This document shows, one piece after another, positions 47,466 to 64,000 of a stretch of 64,000 bases of DNA (position 1 is its first letter; each line of letters opens with the position of its first letter). The stretch is from the human T2T-CHM13v2.0 reference genome, Homo sapiens: the NCBI RefSeq assembly GCF_009914755.1, contig NC_060939.1; one strand, given 5' to 3'. Position numbers and translations under genes: made by a program. The notes below the pieces were generated by a model. That model searched no databases. It was given only the letters and a program-made list of their open reading frames with translations, and was not told the origin of the DNA.

Positions 47466-48010
47466 TGGTAGGCAGCCTCTAAATGGCCCCAATCACCCTC
47501 ACCTCCTGGCATTCACACCCTTGTAAAATTCCCACCTCTGGACCTAGTGACTCACTTCTAACAAAGAGAATGCAACAGAAGTAATAACATCACTTCTGAG
47601 ATGAGGCTACAAGGACAAAACGATGCCTGCCTTGGTCACCCTTCTCCTGCTCTTTCCATTGCTCCCTCTGATGGAAGCCAGTTGCCATGTGATGAGGTGC
47701 CCTATGGAGAGGCCCACGTGACAAGGTATTGTAAAAGCCCTCTGACCAATAGTCATCTAGAAACAGAGGCCCAGTACAACAGCCTGTGAGATAAATCCTG
47801 CCAACATATACGTGAGTGAGCTTGGAGATGGATTCCCTCCCTATCCTGCCTTGGGATGATCATAGCCGCCACCAACACCTTCACTGCCTGGTGAGAGGCC
47901 AAGCAAGTGAACCCAAGGTAAACTGCACAGAATCCTGACCCACAGAAACTGTGAGATAATGTTTGTTGTTTTAAGCTGCTAAATTTGTTACAGAGCAATA
48001 GATAACTAAT
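47466..48010 (+). mobile_element. MLT1 (E/F-like) LTR
   Basis: tggtaggcagcctctaaatggcccc ... gttgttttaagctgctaaatttgttacagagcaatagataactaa. Confidence 0.78.
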
Positions 48011-48377
48011 TCAAACACCATAAAATTCTAATATTTTATTCTATCACACAAACCAAGTAATACCAAGAAATGCCATTGCTATACATGTATTTTTGGAACA
48101 CAATTACATGTGATTTTTTTTAAAAAGCTAATGAACTAAGCATTATGTGCTTTTACCACTAACAGACATTTACTCTGTTACTTTCTACTGTTTCCTATTA
48201 TAAATTGGGGAGAAGCCATTATTATTATATATTAGCTTCACAACAACTAGGTTCAAGTCATGGAAAACAATTTCGCACAAACTTTAGGAAACACTGCTTT
48301 GAAAACTGTAATCTGAATTATAGCTGAAGCCACAGAAACCAATTATTTACCAAAGGTTCTTTTAAGAAAAACAAGTT

Positions 48378-48741
<364 letters not shown>

Positions 48742-49169
48742 TTACTATTCTCATTCTTCTCATTCCTCTCTTACTATGTCCCAAATCTCTTTACAGGCTA
48801 AAAGAAACTCTTCAGAATTAATCCTATTCATGAAGAACACCACTTACTGAGTATTGCATTTTCTTCTTCAAATTCTTCAACATGCATTGGGAATACACCC
48901 TATGGACCATTTTTATGTGTTTAGTTTTGGGTTGTTTTTTTTTTTTTTTTTTTTGGCTAAAGAAACTGCAACTAGATTTAGGACCTCATTCTATTAGGTT
49001 AGTATTTGTCTAGTAAACTTCAGCATAAGCAAAATAAAATACGTGTTGTTATTCTGGACTGAAACCCCTCAAAACCATATTTTAAAAATTATAAAAATAA
49101 ATGAACTGAAATCATGTTTTTAAAAATCTTGTAGATGAAAAGATATGATATATAGTAGGTTTAACTACC

Positions 49170-50820
<1,651 letters not shown>

Positions 50821-51244
50821 TTCCCCTCCACTTTCCTTCCTTCCCTAGAATTTCTTCCTGGGAAGAAACATCCCTTTGCCATTCCATATTAACTTACAGA
50901 GTTCCACTGAGGCCAGTTTTGCTACCTCCCTCCCATCTTTCCACCTCCCTCTCTTGACACAAAACCTAACCAAAGGACTTTACCAGCCCACCCCATTTCC
51001 AGTGATTAGCTGTCAAGGTGGGCTAAGCCAAGAAAATCTGGGTTTTCTCTGAGACTAGCCCTCTCTTTCTGGGAGATTGGAATCACAGGGGCAAGGCTGG
51101 CTACCTTGGGATAGTCAGAATTCATCTTGCCTAAATGGGGAGAGGTTAGGCAAGTTTCTAGAAAGCCAAACTGCTTTCTAGAAAGTCAAAGATAATTATA
51201 CTTTCTGCCACAACTGTGAGAATGCCCATTTTCTAACATTTTTA

Positions 51245-51605
<361 letters not shown>

Positions 51606-51705
51606 CTAGAAACCAATTCAGCAATGAGAACTGAAAGCCACCACTTGGAAGGTTTCAAGGATTCAGCTCTACCTATTGATGTCTAAAGCATTAGTTAAGG
51701 TAGAA

Positions 51706-51728
51706 ACACACACACACACACACACACA
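51706..51728. repeat. (CA)n microsatellite
   Basis: Run of ac dinucleotides. Confidence 0.85.
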
Positions 51729-52892
51729 TACAGCCTATGTATTCAGTACCAGGAAACATGACGGGCTAGATGGTATAATCATCCAACAGAAAGCGCACAA
51801 TAACTGAAGCCACTGCAGAGGAGTAAGTTACGACACGGATCTACAATATTGTTGAGTGAAAAAGCAGATTACAAAAAAAATCTGATTTTTCAAGGGAGAG
51901 GGAACATATACAAGCATAGGAGAAAAGAGATGAGCAGATGACTGGAAAAATACAAAATTCTGATAGTGGTACCTTCTGAGTGGTAGAATTATCAGTAATA
52001 TTTTCTAGTTTTGCCTAAAAATTTTCTAAATTTCTTAAAATAAGGTTTTGTTATCCATATTATAAAAGATCCACCACCCCAGGAAACTTAACCTTCAGCA
52101 CAAACTCTACAACATGTTCAAAGTTTGTTCAGTTTAATATTTAAGAGACAATCTATTTTGAAAGACATCTAAAATGATGACCAATATTTAAACCTATGCA
52201 TTAATATTTTTCAATCATATGCTTTAAATTTTGTAATTTTGATAAGGTTAAGCTTTATATCCACCTTGAAAAGGTAAGTTTTCTATTTGTCTTCAAAATA
52301 TGACCTAAAATAGGCCAGTTTTTAAACAGCGAATGGTGCTCAAAAACCGCAATATAAATTCAGGCAGTGTTCCTTACATAGAATGTTTAAGTGCTTCTAA
52401 CACTGCTGTTTTTCACCAGTTATGAAAACACATTACAATTATCTAAGCATCTAATTATTCAGGTCCCTTGTTTCTCCTCCATTCTATCAGTTTTATAGTA
52501 ATTTTAAGGCCTGTGAGGATGAAGTTGTCTGTGATGGCTACCACAAAGGTTACTATAAGTGGACAAATTTCCAACAAGTTTATCTCCACTACCATCCCCA
52601 CCATAAAACTGTCTTGATCAAGGGCAACACATTTCAAGGTTAACCAAGACAACCTCTTTACCTGTCACTGCTCAAGAAAAGGATTTTTTGGTCTTATTTA
52701 GAATTAACTTTCTGTATCTATTTTTCTCCATAAATCCACTGAGGCCAATGTGTGGCTCTATCTCAAGCTCCAGCAAGCAAAACTGCCTGCCAGAAGGTTC
52801 AGTTTTTGTATCTTTCCAAATGTAGGACACAGCTCTCTTTTGATATCATAATTATTTGAAAATTGATGCACAAACTTCTTCTTGAAAGTTCA

Positions 52893-53352
<460 letters not shown>

Positions 53353-53357
53353 TTAAA

Positions 53358-53391
53358 ACACACACACACACACACTCTCTCTCTCACACAC
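53358..53391. repeat. Compound (CA)n(CT)n microsatellite
   Basis: acacacacacacacacactctctctctcacacac. Confidence 0.8.
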
Positions 53392-54308
53392 GGTTTTCCC
53401 TGCTAATCATTTTACAACTAAACAACCAAAGTAGCTAACCCAGAGCCCACAACAGCAGAGTAAAAATTCTAACACTTGGTTAAATAAAAATGCACATATA
53501 CCGCTGTGAGCTAAAAAAAAATGCTTAAGCATTCAAAGACAGACAGCAATTACAGCTACTGAGAACATCATTGTAAGCAAACTGAGGCAGAGAAAACAAA
53601 GGTGCTGATGAGGAATTGAACCACCTAACCTGCAGAAACCCACTGGATGGTTTCCTAGGTTCCGAGTTGGCATTATCTTTCAGAGTGATTTCTAAAAGAG
53701 ATCACATAATACTGTTACAAAGGATCTGGAGAAAGGGACCCTTGCTTTATCTCTCTGGCTCTCCAGTCATGCTTTACATTTTCACTTCTTACGCTCTCAT
53801 ATGAAATCAATTTACAGACTTCCTTCAAGCCCTTAGAGACCTTTTTGTACTATCCATGACAAGTTCTTGATGTAGCTCTGCACTTTTGACAAATTCTTAG
53901 CAGTTAACTTTCAAGGCAGTTAAGATTTCTGTTCAAGCACGATATAGCTAGAATAGGGTCATATACTCAATAAAACAAATATTTACCAAGCATTTACTGA
54001 CTGGAAGATAAAAAGCACAAAGCATAATTATAAAATATTTTCCCCTGCCACCATAAAAAAAAAATTAAAAAGGCCTACAGAATATAGCATAACATGACCA
54101 AAGCAAAAATAGTGAGGACCAAAGAGGGGAGGAAGGGAAAATATCAGCATGAACTGAATATGACCCAGGAGAGCCTTGATGGTCAGACATGTAAAGACAA
54201 ATTGGGTAGGTGAAGGGGTGGAGGTCAGGGACGCATCCTACAGGGGAAAAACAGCTCACACAGAAGCCTGAAAGGAAAAGCGGGCAGACACCTGTACGGG
54301 ACTCTTAC

Positions 54309-54440
54309 CTGCCGCCTTGACTGTACAATGAGCCCTTCCAGAACACAGCAGCGCGCGGCCAGGCCCCGGGGAGAGGGATCGCTCAAACAGCACCAGAGGC
54401 TGCATTCCAACTTTTCCTCCGTCAACGAGGCCGTTTTCAT
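54309..54440 (-). pseudogene. Homologue of the UBE2Q2 alternative first coding exon (open frame)
   Basis: 132 nt, MKTASLTEEKLECSLWCCLSDPSPRGLAARCCVLEGLIVQSRRQ. Donor CAG|GTAAGA. Possible acceptor TTCTTTTCTTGTGACAG at 54561. Confidence 0.8.
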
Positions 54441-54737
54441 TGTTAGTTTCTCCTTAAACACAAACTTAAAAACAACTGGCTTAAATCTACTATCGCATCT
54501 TGCGTGATCATGTTTGTGCCTTACAGTGACAGGCTGCAAACGATAGAAATTCAACCCAAACTGTCACAAGAAAAGAAGGAAAGGCTTGTAACTACTTAAA
54601 CATATTGCTAATTAAAGATGTCTGGAAAATTGACTCAAAAACAAAAACAAAAACAAAACAACAACAAAAAATTGGCCGAACACGCGGGAACAGGGAAAAC
54701 CTGACTGAAGAATGAGGCCTTAAAACTTAAGGGCCTT

Positions 54738-55349
<612 letters not shown>

Positions 55350-55756
55350 CAAAAAACGCGAGCATCTCAGAGGCCTTTTCCCTTCCGCGCCTGGGCTCAA
55401 ACGACGCTGGAGCGCCCCGCCCCGCCCCGTCGCGGTCCCGGGAGCAGTCCCGCTGACTGAGGGCGACCATGGGTCCCAAGAGGGCTCCGGCCGCCGCGGG
55501 CTCCCACCTCGGTGCGTGGCGACGGCGGCCAAGAGGGGCCAGCGGCCCCCGAGTCAGCCCCGCGCCAGGAGCCGGAGAGACGCGCCCTCCGCCTCCTCCC
55601 ACCCAAGCCTCGCGCAGTCCCGGGGGCGGGGCGGGGCCAGCTGAGGGAGGAAGGGGCGGGGACCCGGGGCCTCTACCCGTTAGGCTGCCGTTGGTCCCGA
55701 GACTCCCCCATCTGCGCCCCCGCCCTGCCCTGCGAGGCCGCCGCCGCGCGCCCCAC

Positions 55757-55856
55757 CGTCTGTTGCAGTGGAGCGTGAGCCGCGGCCGCGGCTCCTGGTT
55801 CTTGTGGAAGGTAGACGCCAGCAACTTCAGCTTGGCCTTAACCCTGACAGGGACAT
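55757..55856 (-). pseudogene. UBE2Q2-like exon 1 (frameshifted, internally deleted)
   Basis: ATG TCC CTG TCA GGG (MSLSG), a frameshift, then [16 protein letters not shown] and [10 protein letters not shown]. Compare UBE2Q2 [22 protein letters not shown]...PPPLTLHCN as recalled. Donor ACG|GTGGGG. Confidence 0.88.
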
Positions 55857-56121
55857 CTTCCCTCATCTCCGGCGGGAGGGGCGCGGAAGGGGAGCCGCTG
55901 TCATGGCTGCGACCACCCGGCGGGACCGCCCGGCCGAGCGCTCGCGGCTTCGCCTCTCCCCGCCGCCTCAACCTTCGTGGGAGCGCGGATGGAAAATGGG
56001 AAGGGGCACCGAGGCCTCGGCGGGGAGCTGCGCGGCGGCCTCGGGGGCTGCTCCCTTTGCGACCGACGCCACCGATAGGAGGGGCGGCTCCTGTCAAGCC
56101 TCAGCTTAAAAGGGCAACAGC

Positions 56122-56769
<648 letters not shown>

Positions 56770-57139
56770 CTACTGGAGGCTCAGGGCGGCACAACCACCA
56801 ACTGTAGTGTGTGTGTTTCTCCCGAGTGTGTGTGTGTGTGTCTCCCAAGGGAACAGAGCACTGCTGAGTTCAGGTTGATTATTAGGTCGTGGACTGTCAG
56901 CAAAATGCAGTCACAAGAAGGCTGTGGGCTGTTTTGTGTTTTGCGGTGACATCATGTTGCTCATGTTTTATGTTTTTCAGAGTTCATTAGTTTCTATTTG
57001 TTCTCAGTTAATATCCACCTCAATAGATTGCATAAGTAGAATACCCCCAAACTGAAAGTCACCTACATAAAGTGTAGTGAAAAATATGTCACCCACTTAA
57101 ACTATAGCTTAAACTATAGTTGAAGTTGTGTACACACTA

Positions 57140-57430
57140 GTTTTGTGTAGCCAACACTAGGTAATGGGTAAAGGCACAGGATCCTGGGGCTCTACTGCCT
57201 GGTTCAATTTCCAACTTTGCCATTTGCTGACTGTGAAATACTAGACAACTTTAAGCCTCAGTTTCTTTCTTTTTTTTAAACTTAATCCCAAATGTGATAG
57301 TAAGTCTCAGTTTCTTGATCTGAAAAACAGAAATTATTCAATGAGAGTCTGTGAAAACATTAAAGTTTTTAAAGCCACTGCCTGGCTCAGGAAAGTCCTC
57401 AGCTTTAGCCGTTATTAGCTATGATAATTA
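57140..57430. mobile_element. MIR
   Basis: ctgcctggttcaatt...tttgctgactgtga...aagcctcagtttc core. Confidence 0.6.
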
Positions 57431-58737
57431 TTGTGTTGGCTACACGTGCATTAATGAGGTAGGAAAATGCTCAAGGATAACAACCAAGTATCCAGATTAT
57501 CTCATGAGACCGAGAGAGATGCATATGTGTGCATGCTCATGTTTCAGCTCAGAGCGCTTTGTCTAGAAGGCTCTTGAACTCAGAGGCCCAGGCACTATCA
57601 ACTTGACTTTGCAGTGGAGGCATCACTTTTGTTGATCAATGAAATTGACATAATGCTCATTTTTTTTTTAGCACCGACCATGTGCCGAGAGCTAACTGTG
57701 TCAAGAAGAGCATGCTTCAGTTGGCTGGAGTGAGCAATTCAACTTGTGGAGGAGTGAGAAATGTTAGTGTTGAGACAAGAAACGTAAAACCCCAGGGTAA
57801 GGTAGGAATCAGTGAAAGGCAGAGGAACTGCCGTCCAGTAATGAGTTAGGCTTTGCTGGCTTCTGGCCCTACAGATGACTCTTTGGAGAGGAAAAAATTA
57901 AGCTAGGCCCGAGGGCACAGATCCTAAGGGAATGCTGGCAGCCTAGGCCGTCTATGGAAGAGAAGCAGAGGGTGGCACCTGGTTGAAAGAGGGGGTTGGG
58001 GGACAGAGCTTGAGGCTGTGTTTACAGATGGAGTCCTCTGATTCCTGTGACTGGGGAAGGAGATCGTGCTGGATCAGGGCACCTCAAATCAGAACTCTTC
58101 CCACCCACACCCCTTCTTTTCAGGGCGTCTTTCATTGCAAGCAGTAGATAAACTAGTTGGAAAACTCAGCAGATTCTCACGGTGGTGCCTAGCAGGCCAG
58201 GCCTAGCTGCCGTTTAAGCTGTGACTGAGGGTGATGCCACTGGCCTGTAAACACACATTGGACAATCTTTACGTCCGTGGACACGCCATGCCCCACAGAG
58301 ACAGCTGTGCATGGTTCTTTAGGTTTGGGGTGCTGTGCTGGCAGTTGCCTGATAAATGTGTAGGATTAAAATGGGATGCCCTGGAGCTTAGCTAACCTTT
58401 ATCCCCCCTCCCCCCTCTAAAATGAAGGGGCTGCTAGTTTTGTTTGCTTTATGAAAGATGGATCTGTTATTGTTTTTAGAACCTTTGGAGAAAGATTTCT
58501 TGGGAGGAAGCGATCCTGAACCCCCAGAGATTTTCTCATTTACTGGTGCACCAGCTTTCGAGTCCTAGGTCTTCATCCTGGCTCAGCCACCCTCCAGCTG
58601 TGTGACCTTTGAGAAGTTGCTTGACTACACTGAGTCTCATTGTCACCTATGAGTGGAGGTTGCTACATTGCTACTGTGTGGAGCACCTACCCCCAGCCAC
58701 TCTTACAGGGTGATGGTGACGATTAAATGCAATAATA

Positions 58738-59026
<289 letters not shown>

Positions 59027-59769
59027 TTAGTACACTAGTACATGATCAGGCACATGATAACTGCTCGATAAATGGTAGCCTCAGTAAACTTTATAATGTT
59101 TTAAAGGAGAATGTCCTTTGGACTCAGCCTTTCAAATGACAGAGCATTTGAAAAGACTGATTTGTATGATGCCTATTTCCTACAGATACAAGACTGTACC
59201 TCCAGGGACTCAAGGCATTGGCTCAATGGGGCACCTTGTTCTGTTTACTCTTGTTTTGGTCAGCACCGATTGCCCTAGGGCTAAGCAGGGCTGCCACCAC
59301 AGACTCAGTTGCCAAGAGTATCCCCCTCCCCAAGCTAGCCATGGGAAAGCCACTCGCATTGTAAGACTACAGGAAATCAAAGGGAATAAAAAGCACAATT
59401 TAGTCACCTACTCTCCAGTTGATGGGCAATAGGTTTTTGCTATTTTGAACAGAGCTGTTAGGAACATTCCTTGTCCACATCCCCTGTTTTATATAGGCAA
59501 GAATTTCTCTTCCACGTAGAGTAGAATTACTGGGCTAGGAGGAGTGTGAATATTGAACCTTATGAGATGGAGCCAAACTGTTTTCCAAAGTGGTCATACC
59601 AGTGTATACTCCCAGCAGCAGTTCTTAAGAGATCTCAGGATGTCTATCTTCTGGTGATTTCACAAGCAGTCAAAAAGAATGAACGCCAGCAATAAACAAC
59701 AATAAGAACTTTAGCAATATAATATTGTGAGAAAAACAAATTCCAGAAGGATGCATACAGAATACTTTA

Positions 59770-60414
<645 letters not shown>

Positions 60415-60439
60415 TTATTTTTTTAAAAAGATAACATTG

Positions 60440-60920
60440 ACAAACAAAAGGAAACATGACAACTGATACCACAAAAACTCAAAGGATCACTAGTGGCTAT
60501 TATCAGCAACTATATGCAAACAAATGGGAAAACCTACTAAAAATGGATAAATTTCCAGACACATCCAGACTACCAAGACTGAACCGGGATGAAATCCAAA
60601 GCCAGAACAGACCAACAACAAATAATGGGATCGAAGCAGTAATGAAAAGTCTCCCAGCAAAGAAAAGCCTGGGACCTGATGATTCACTGCTGAATTCTAG
60701 CAAACATTTAAAGAAGAACTAATACCAACCTTACCCAAACGATTCCAAAAATAGAGAAGGAGGGAATACTTCCAAACTCATTCTACAAGGCTAGTATTAC
60801 CCTGATACCAAAACTAAAGATACATCCAAAAAAGAAAACTACAGGCCAGGATCACTGATGAATATTGATGCAAAAATCCTCAACAAAATATTAGCTAATT
60901 GAATTCAACAACACATTAAA
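60440..60920 (+). mobile_element. L1 ORF2 internal fragment (degenerate)
   Basis: [30 protein letters not shown]...LPRLN, then ..[11 protein letters not shown].. and ..[19 protein letters not shown]. It stops abruptly at 60920. Confidence 0.9.
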
Positions 60921-61737
60921 GTTGGGGTGCAGTGTCCCAGGTTCACTCAACCCTTCCCGTTTTCTTGTCTGTGTGTGTCTACTTTGCTCTGTTCCCTGGT
61001 GGCAGCGGCGGTGGCAATGTTGGTGCATGGGCCTCCTAGGACAAGGGGAAAGTGAGTATGCCCTTTTCTTGCTTCCTGCCAGGCATCTGCAGCCTGGCGC
61101 AAGCTCTGGCCAGGTCTTCAAGCAAGGTACCTGGAGATGTTCTTTTCCAATTTCTGGATTGGTAACTTGAGGCAAATTCTGGGCACTAGAGTCAGGACTA
61201 AGATGAGACTTGAATCAGGGGAGTCTGGGGTCCTGAGAGGCAGAGGCCTGAAACCATCTAGAGCATGTGGGGAGCTGGGTGTGTGTTCAGGCCAGTTGCC
61301 TTTCTCTGTGCTTCAATGTTCCAGGTACCCTTGGAGGGACTGAGATCCTAGGGATTGCTGGAGCCTGGCTGCATGGCCTGGCCACCCTGATGCGCTTGCA
61401 TTCTCCGTGACAGGACAGCAAGGCTGAGGAGAATGGCTCCCACAGCTTCATGCACTCCATGGACCCACAGCTGGAGCGGCAAATGGAAACCACCCAGAAC
61501 CTGGTGGACTCCTACATGGCCATTGTCAACAAGACCGTGTGGAACCTCATGGTTGGTGCGAAGCCCAAGACCATCATGCACATCATGATCTACAATGTGC
61601 ATGCACCGCCTCATGGGGGTAGGCAGCTCCTGTGGCACTGGGGATGCAGGTGGCCATGTTGGCCTGGGGGAGATGCTGACCAGCCCTATGGGACCAGGTC
61701 CAGGGAGGGAGGCATGGTCCAGACCAGAGCTGTCTCA

Positions 61738-62058
<321 letters not shown>

Positions 62059-62338
62059 CCTGAGTAGACAGGTGTCCTGGTAGCATGATAGGTCCAGGGT
62101 CCCCTCCCAGATCTGTGACTTGCACAGGCGACCTTTCCTCTGGACCTCAGCGTCCCTATCTGAGTGAGAAAAGGGCAATGGGGAGGCAGATCTTTGAGTT
62201 TAAGCTGTGTAGAAGCCACATCTGAAAAGCCATACTCAGGGCTTCAACTCCAGCACACAGTCCCAGCAGGCGCCAGCGGGAGGCCAGGGCAGCACGGGCA
62301 TCAGGACCCAAACTCCTTCCTTCTTTGCCCACTCTCAG

Positions 62339-64000
62339 ACCAAGGAGTTCATCTTCTCAGAGCTGCTGTCCAACCTGTACTCGCGTGGGAACAAGGAGAC
62401 ACTCCTGGAGGAGTCGGCAGAGCAGGCACAGCGGCGCGACGAGATGCTGCTTGAGCTGCTGTCCAACCTGCACTCGCGTGGGAACGAGAAGACACTCGTG
62501 GAGGCGTCGGCAGAGCAGGCAGACCAAGGAGTTCATCTTCTCAGAGCTGCTGTCCAAACTGCACTTGCGTGGGAACGAGAAGACACTCATGGAGGAGTCG
62601 GCAGAGCAGGCACAGCGGTGCGACGAGATGCTGCTTCTCAGAGCTGCTGTCCAACCTGCACTCGCGTGGGAACAAGAAGACACTCGTGGAGGCGTCGGCA
62701 GAGCAGGCAGACCAAGGAGTTCATCTTCTCAGAGCTGCTGTCCAACCTGTACTCGCGTGGGAACGAGAAGACACTCGTGGAGGCGTCGGCAGAGCAGGCA
62801 GACCAAGGAGTTCATCTTCTCAGAGCTGCTGTCCAACCTGCACTCGCGTGGGAACGAGAAGACACTCATGTAGGAGTCGGCAGACCAGGCACAGCGGCGT
62901 GACGAGACTCGCGTGGGAAGAAGAAGACACTCCTGGAGGAGTCGGCAGAGCAGGCAGACCAAGGAGTTCATCTTCTCGGAGCTGCTGTCCAACCTGTACT
63001 CGCGTCGGAACCTGCAGACACTTGTGGAGGAGTCGGCAGAGCAGGCACAGCGGTGCGACGAGATGCTGCTTCTCAGAGCTGCTGTCCAACCTGCACTCGC
63101 GTGGGAACGAGAAGACACTCGTGGAGGCGTTGGCAGAGCAGGCAGACCAAGGAGTTCATCTTCTCAGAGCTGCTGTCCAACCTGTACTCGCGTGGGAACG
63201 AGAAGACACTCGTGGAGGCGTCGGCAGAGCAGGCAGACCAAGGAGTTCATCTTCTCAGAGCTGCTGTCCAACCTGCACTCGCGTGGGAACGAGAAGACAC
63301 TCATGGAGGAGTCGGCCGAGCAGGCACAGCGGCGTGACGAGACTCGCGTGGGAAGAAGAAGACACTCCTGGAGGAGTCGGCAGAGCAGGCAGACCAAGGA
63401 GTTCATCTTCTCGGAGCTGCTGTCCAACCTGTACTCGCGTCGGAACCTGCAGACACTTGTGGAGGAGTCGGCAGAGCAGGCACAGCGGTGCGACGAGATG
63501 CTGCTTCTCAGAGCTGCTGTCCAACCTGCACTGGCGTGGGAACGAGAAGACACTCGTGGAGGCGTCGGCAGAGCAGGCAGACCAAGGAGTTCATCTTCTC
63601 AGAGCTGCTGTCCAACCTGTACTCGCGTGGGAACGAGAAGACACTCGTGGAGGCGTCGGCAGAGCAGGCAGACCAAGGAGTTCATCTTCTCAGAGCTGCT
63701 GTCCAACCTGCACTCGCGTGGGAACGAGAAGACACTCGTGGAGGCGTCGGCAGAGCAGGCAGACCAAGGAGTTCATCTTCTCAGAGCTTCTGTCCAACCT
63801 GTACTCGCGTGGGAACGAGAAGACACTCGTGGAGGCGTCGGCAGAGCAGGCAGACCAAGGAGTTCATCTTCTCAGAGCTGCTGTCCAACCTGTACTCGCG
63901 TGGGAACGAGAAGACACTCGTGGAGGCGTCGGCAGAGCAGGCAGACCAAGGAGTTCATCTTCTCAGAGCTGCTGTCCAACCTGCACTCGCGTGGGAACGA
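62339..64000 (+). repeat. Complex tandem array derived from a DNM1 exon: 91-bp basic unit, 435-bp higher-order unit; continues past the window end
   Basis: ACCAAGGAG starts at 62339, 62523, 62711, 62802, 62958, 63146, 63237, 63393, 63581, 63672, 63763, 63854 and 63945. Spacings are 184,188,91,156,188,91,156,188,91,91,91,91. Confidence 0.96.

Noticed and set aside
60456-60722. L1 ORF2-like ORF as an active element
   Set aside because: Short internal fragment with frameshifts and stops, lacking 5' UTR, ORF1 and tail.
62339-64000. CRISPR-like array
   Set aside because: Units are contiguous copies of a dynamin exon with no unique spacers. The DNA is human and there are no cas genes.

Overview
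Human genomic DNA, recognisable as distal 15q26.3. The left half holds the 5' part of TARS3 (TARSL2, cytosolic threonyl-tRNA synthetase-like) on the minus strand. Coding exons 1-10 (1320 nt, 440 codons) were mapped by hand with GT/AG sites and consistent phases. The CpG-island promoter lies at about 33.7-34.6 kb and the remaining exons lie left of the window. From about 42.06 kb to the end is a segmental-duplication block. It carries an unprocessed, 3'-truncated UBE2Q2 pseudogene (minus strand, with its own CpG island at about 55.3-56.8 kb). Head-to-head with it lies a dynamin-1 pseudogene (DNM1P47-like, plus strand) whose second exon has expanded into a complex tandem array that runs off the window. 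The rest is Alu, L1, L2, MIR, LTR and DNA-transposon sequence plus two minisatellites. There is no prokaryotic system or CRISPR array. The most notable signals are the nearly stop-free dynamin-exon array, an intact spliceable mini-ORF in the UBE2Q2 copy that is in phase with TARS3 exon 2, an AluY with a strong AT-to-GC substitution bias, a zero-spacer inverted Alu pair, a perfect 22-bp palindrome and a candidate TARS3 poison exon. Gene and repeat names come from recognition, not database searches, and repeat boundaries are approximate unless target-site duplications are given.
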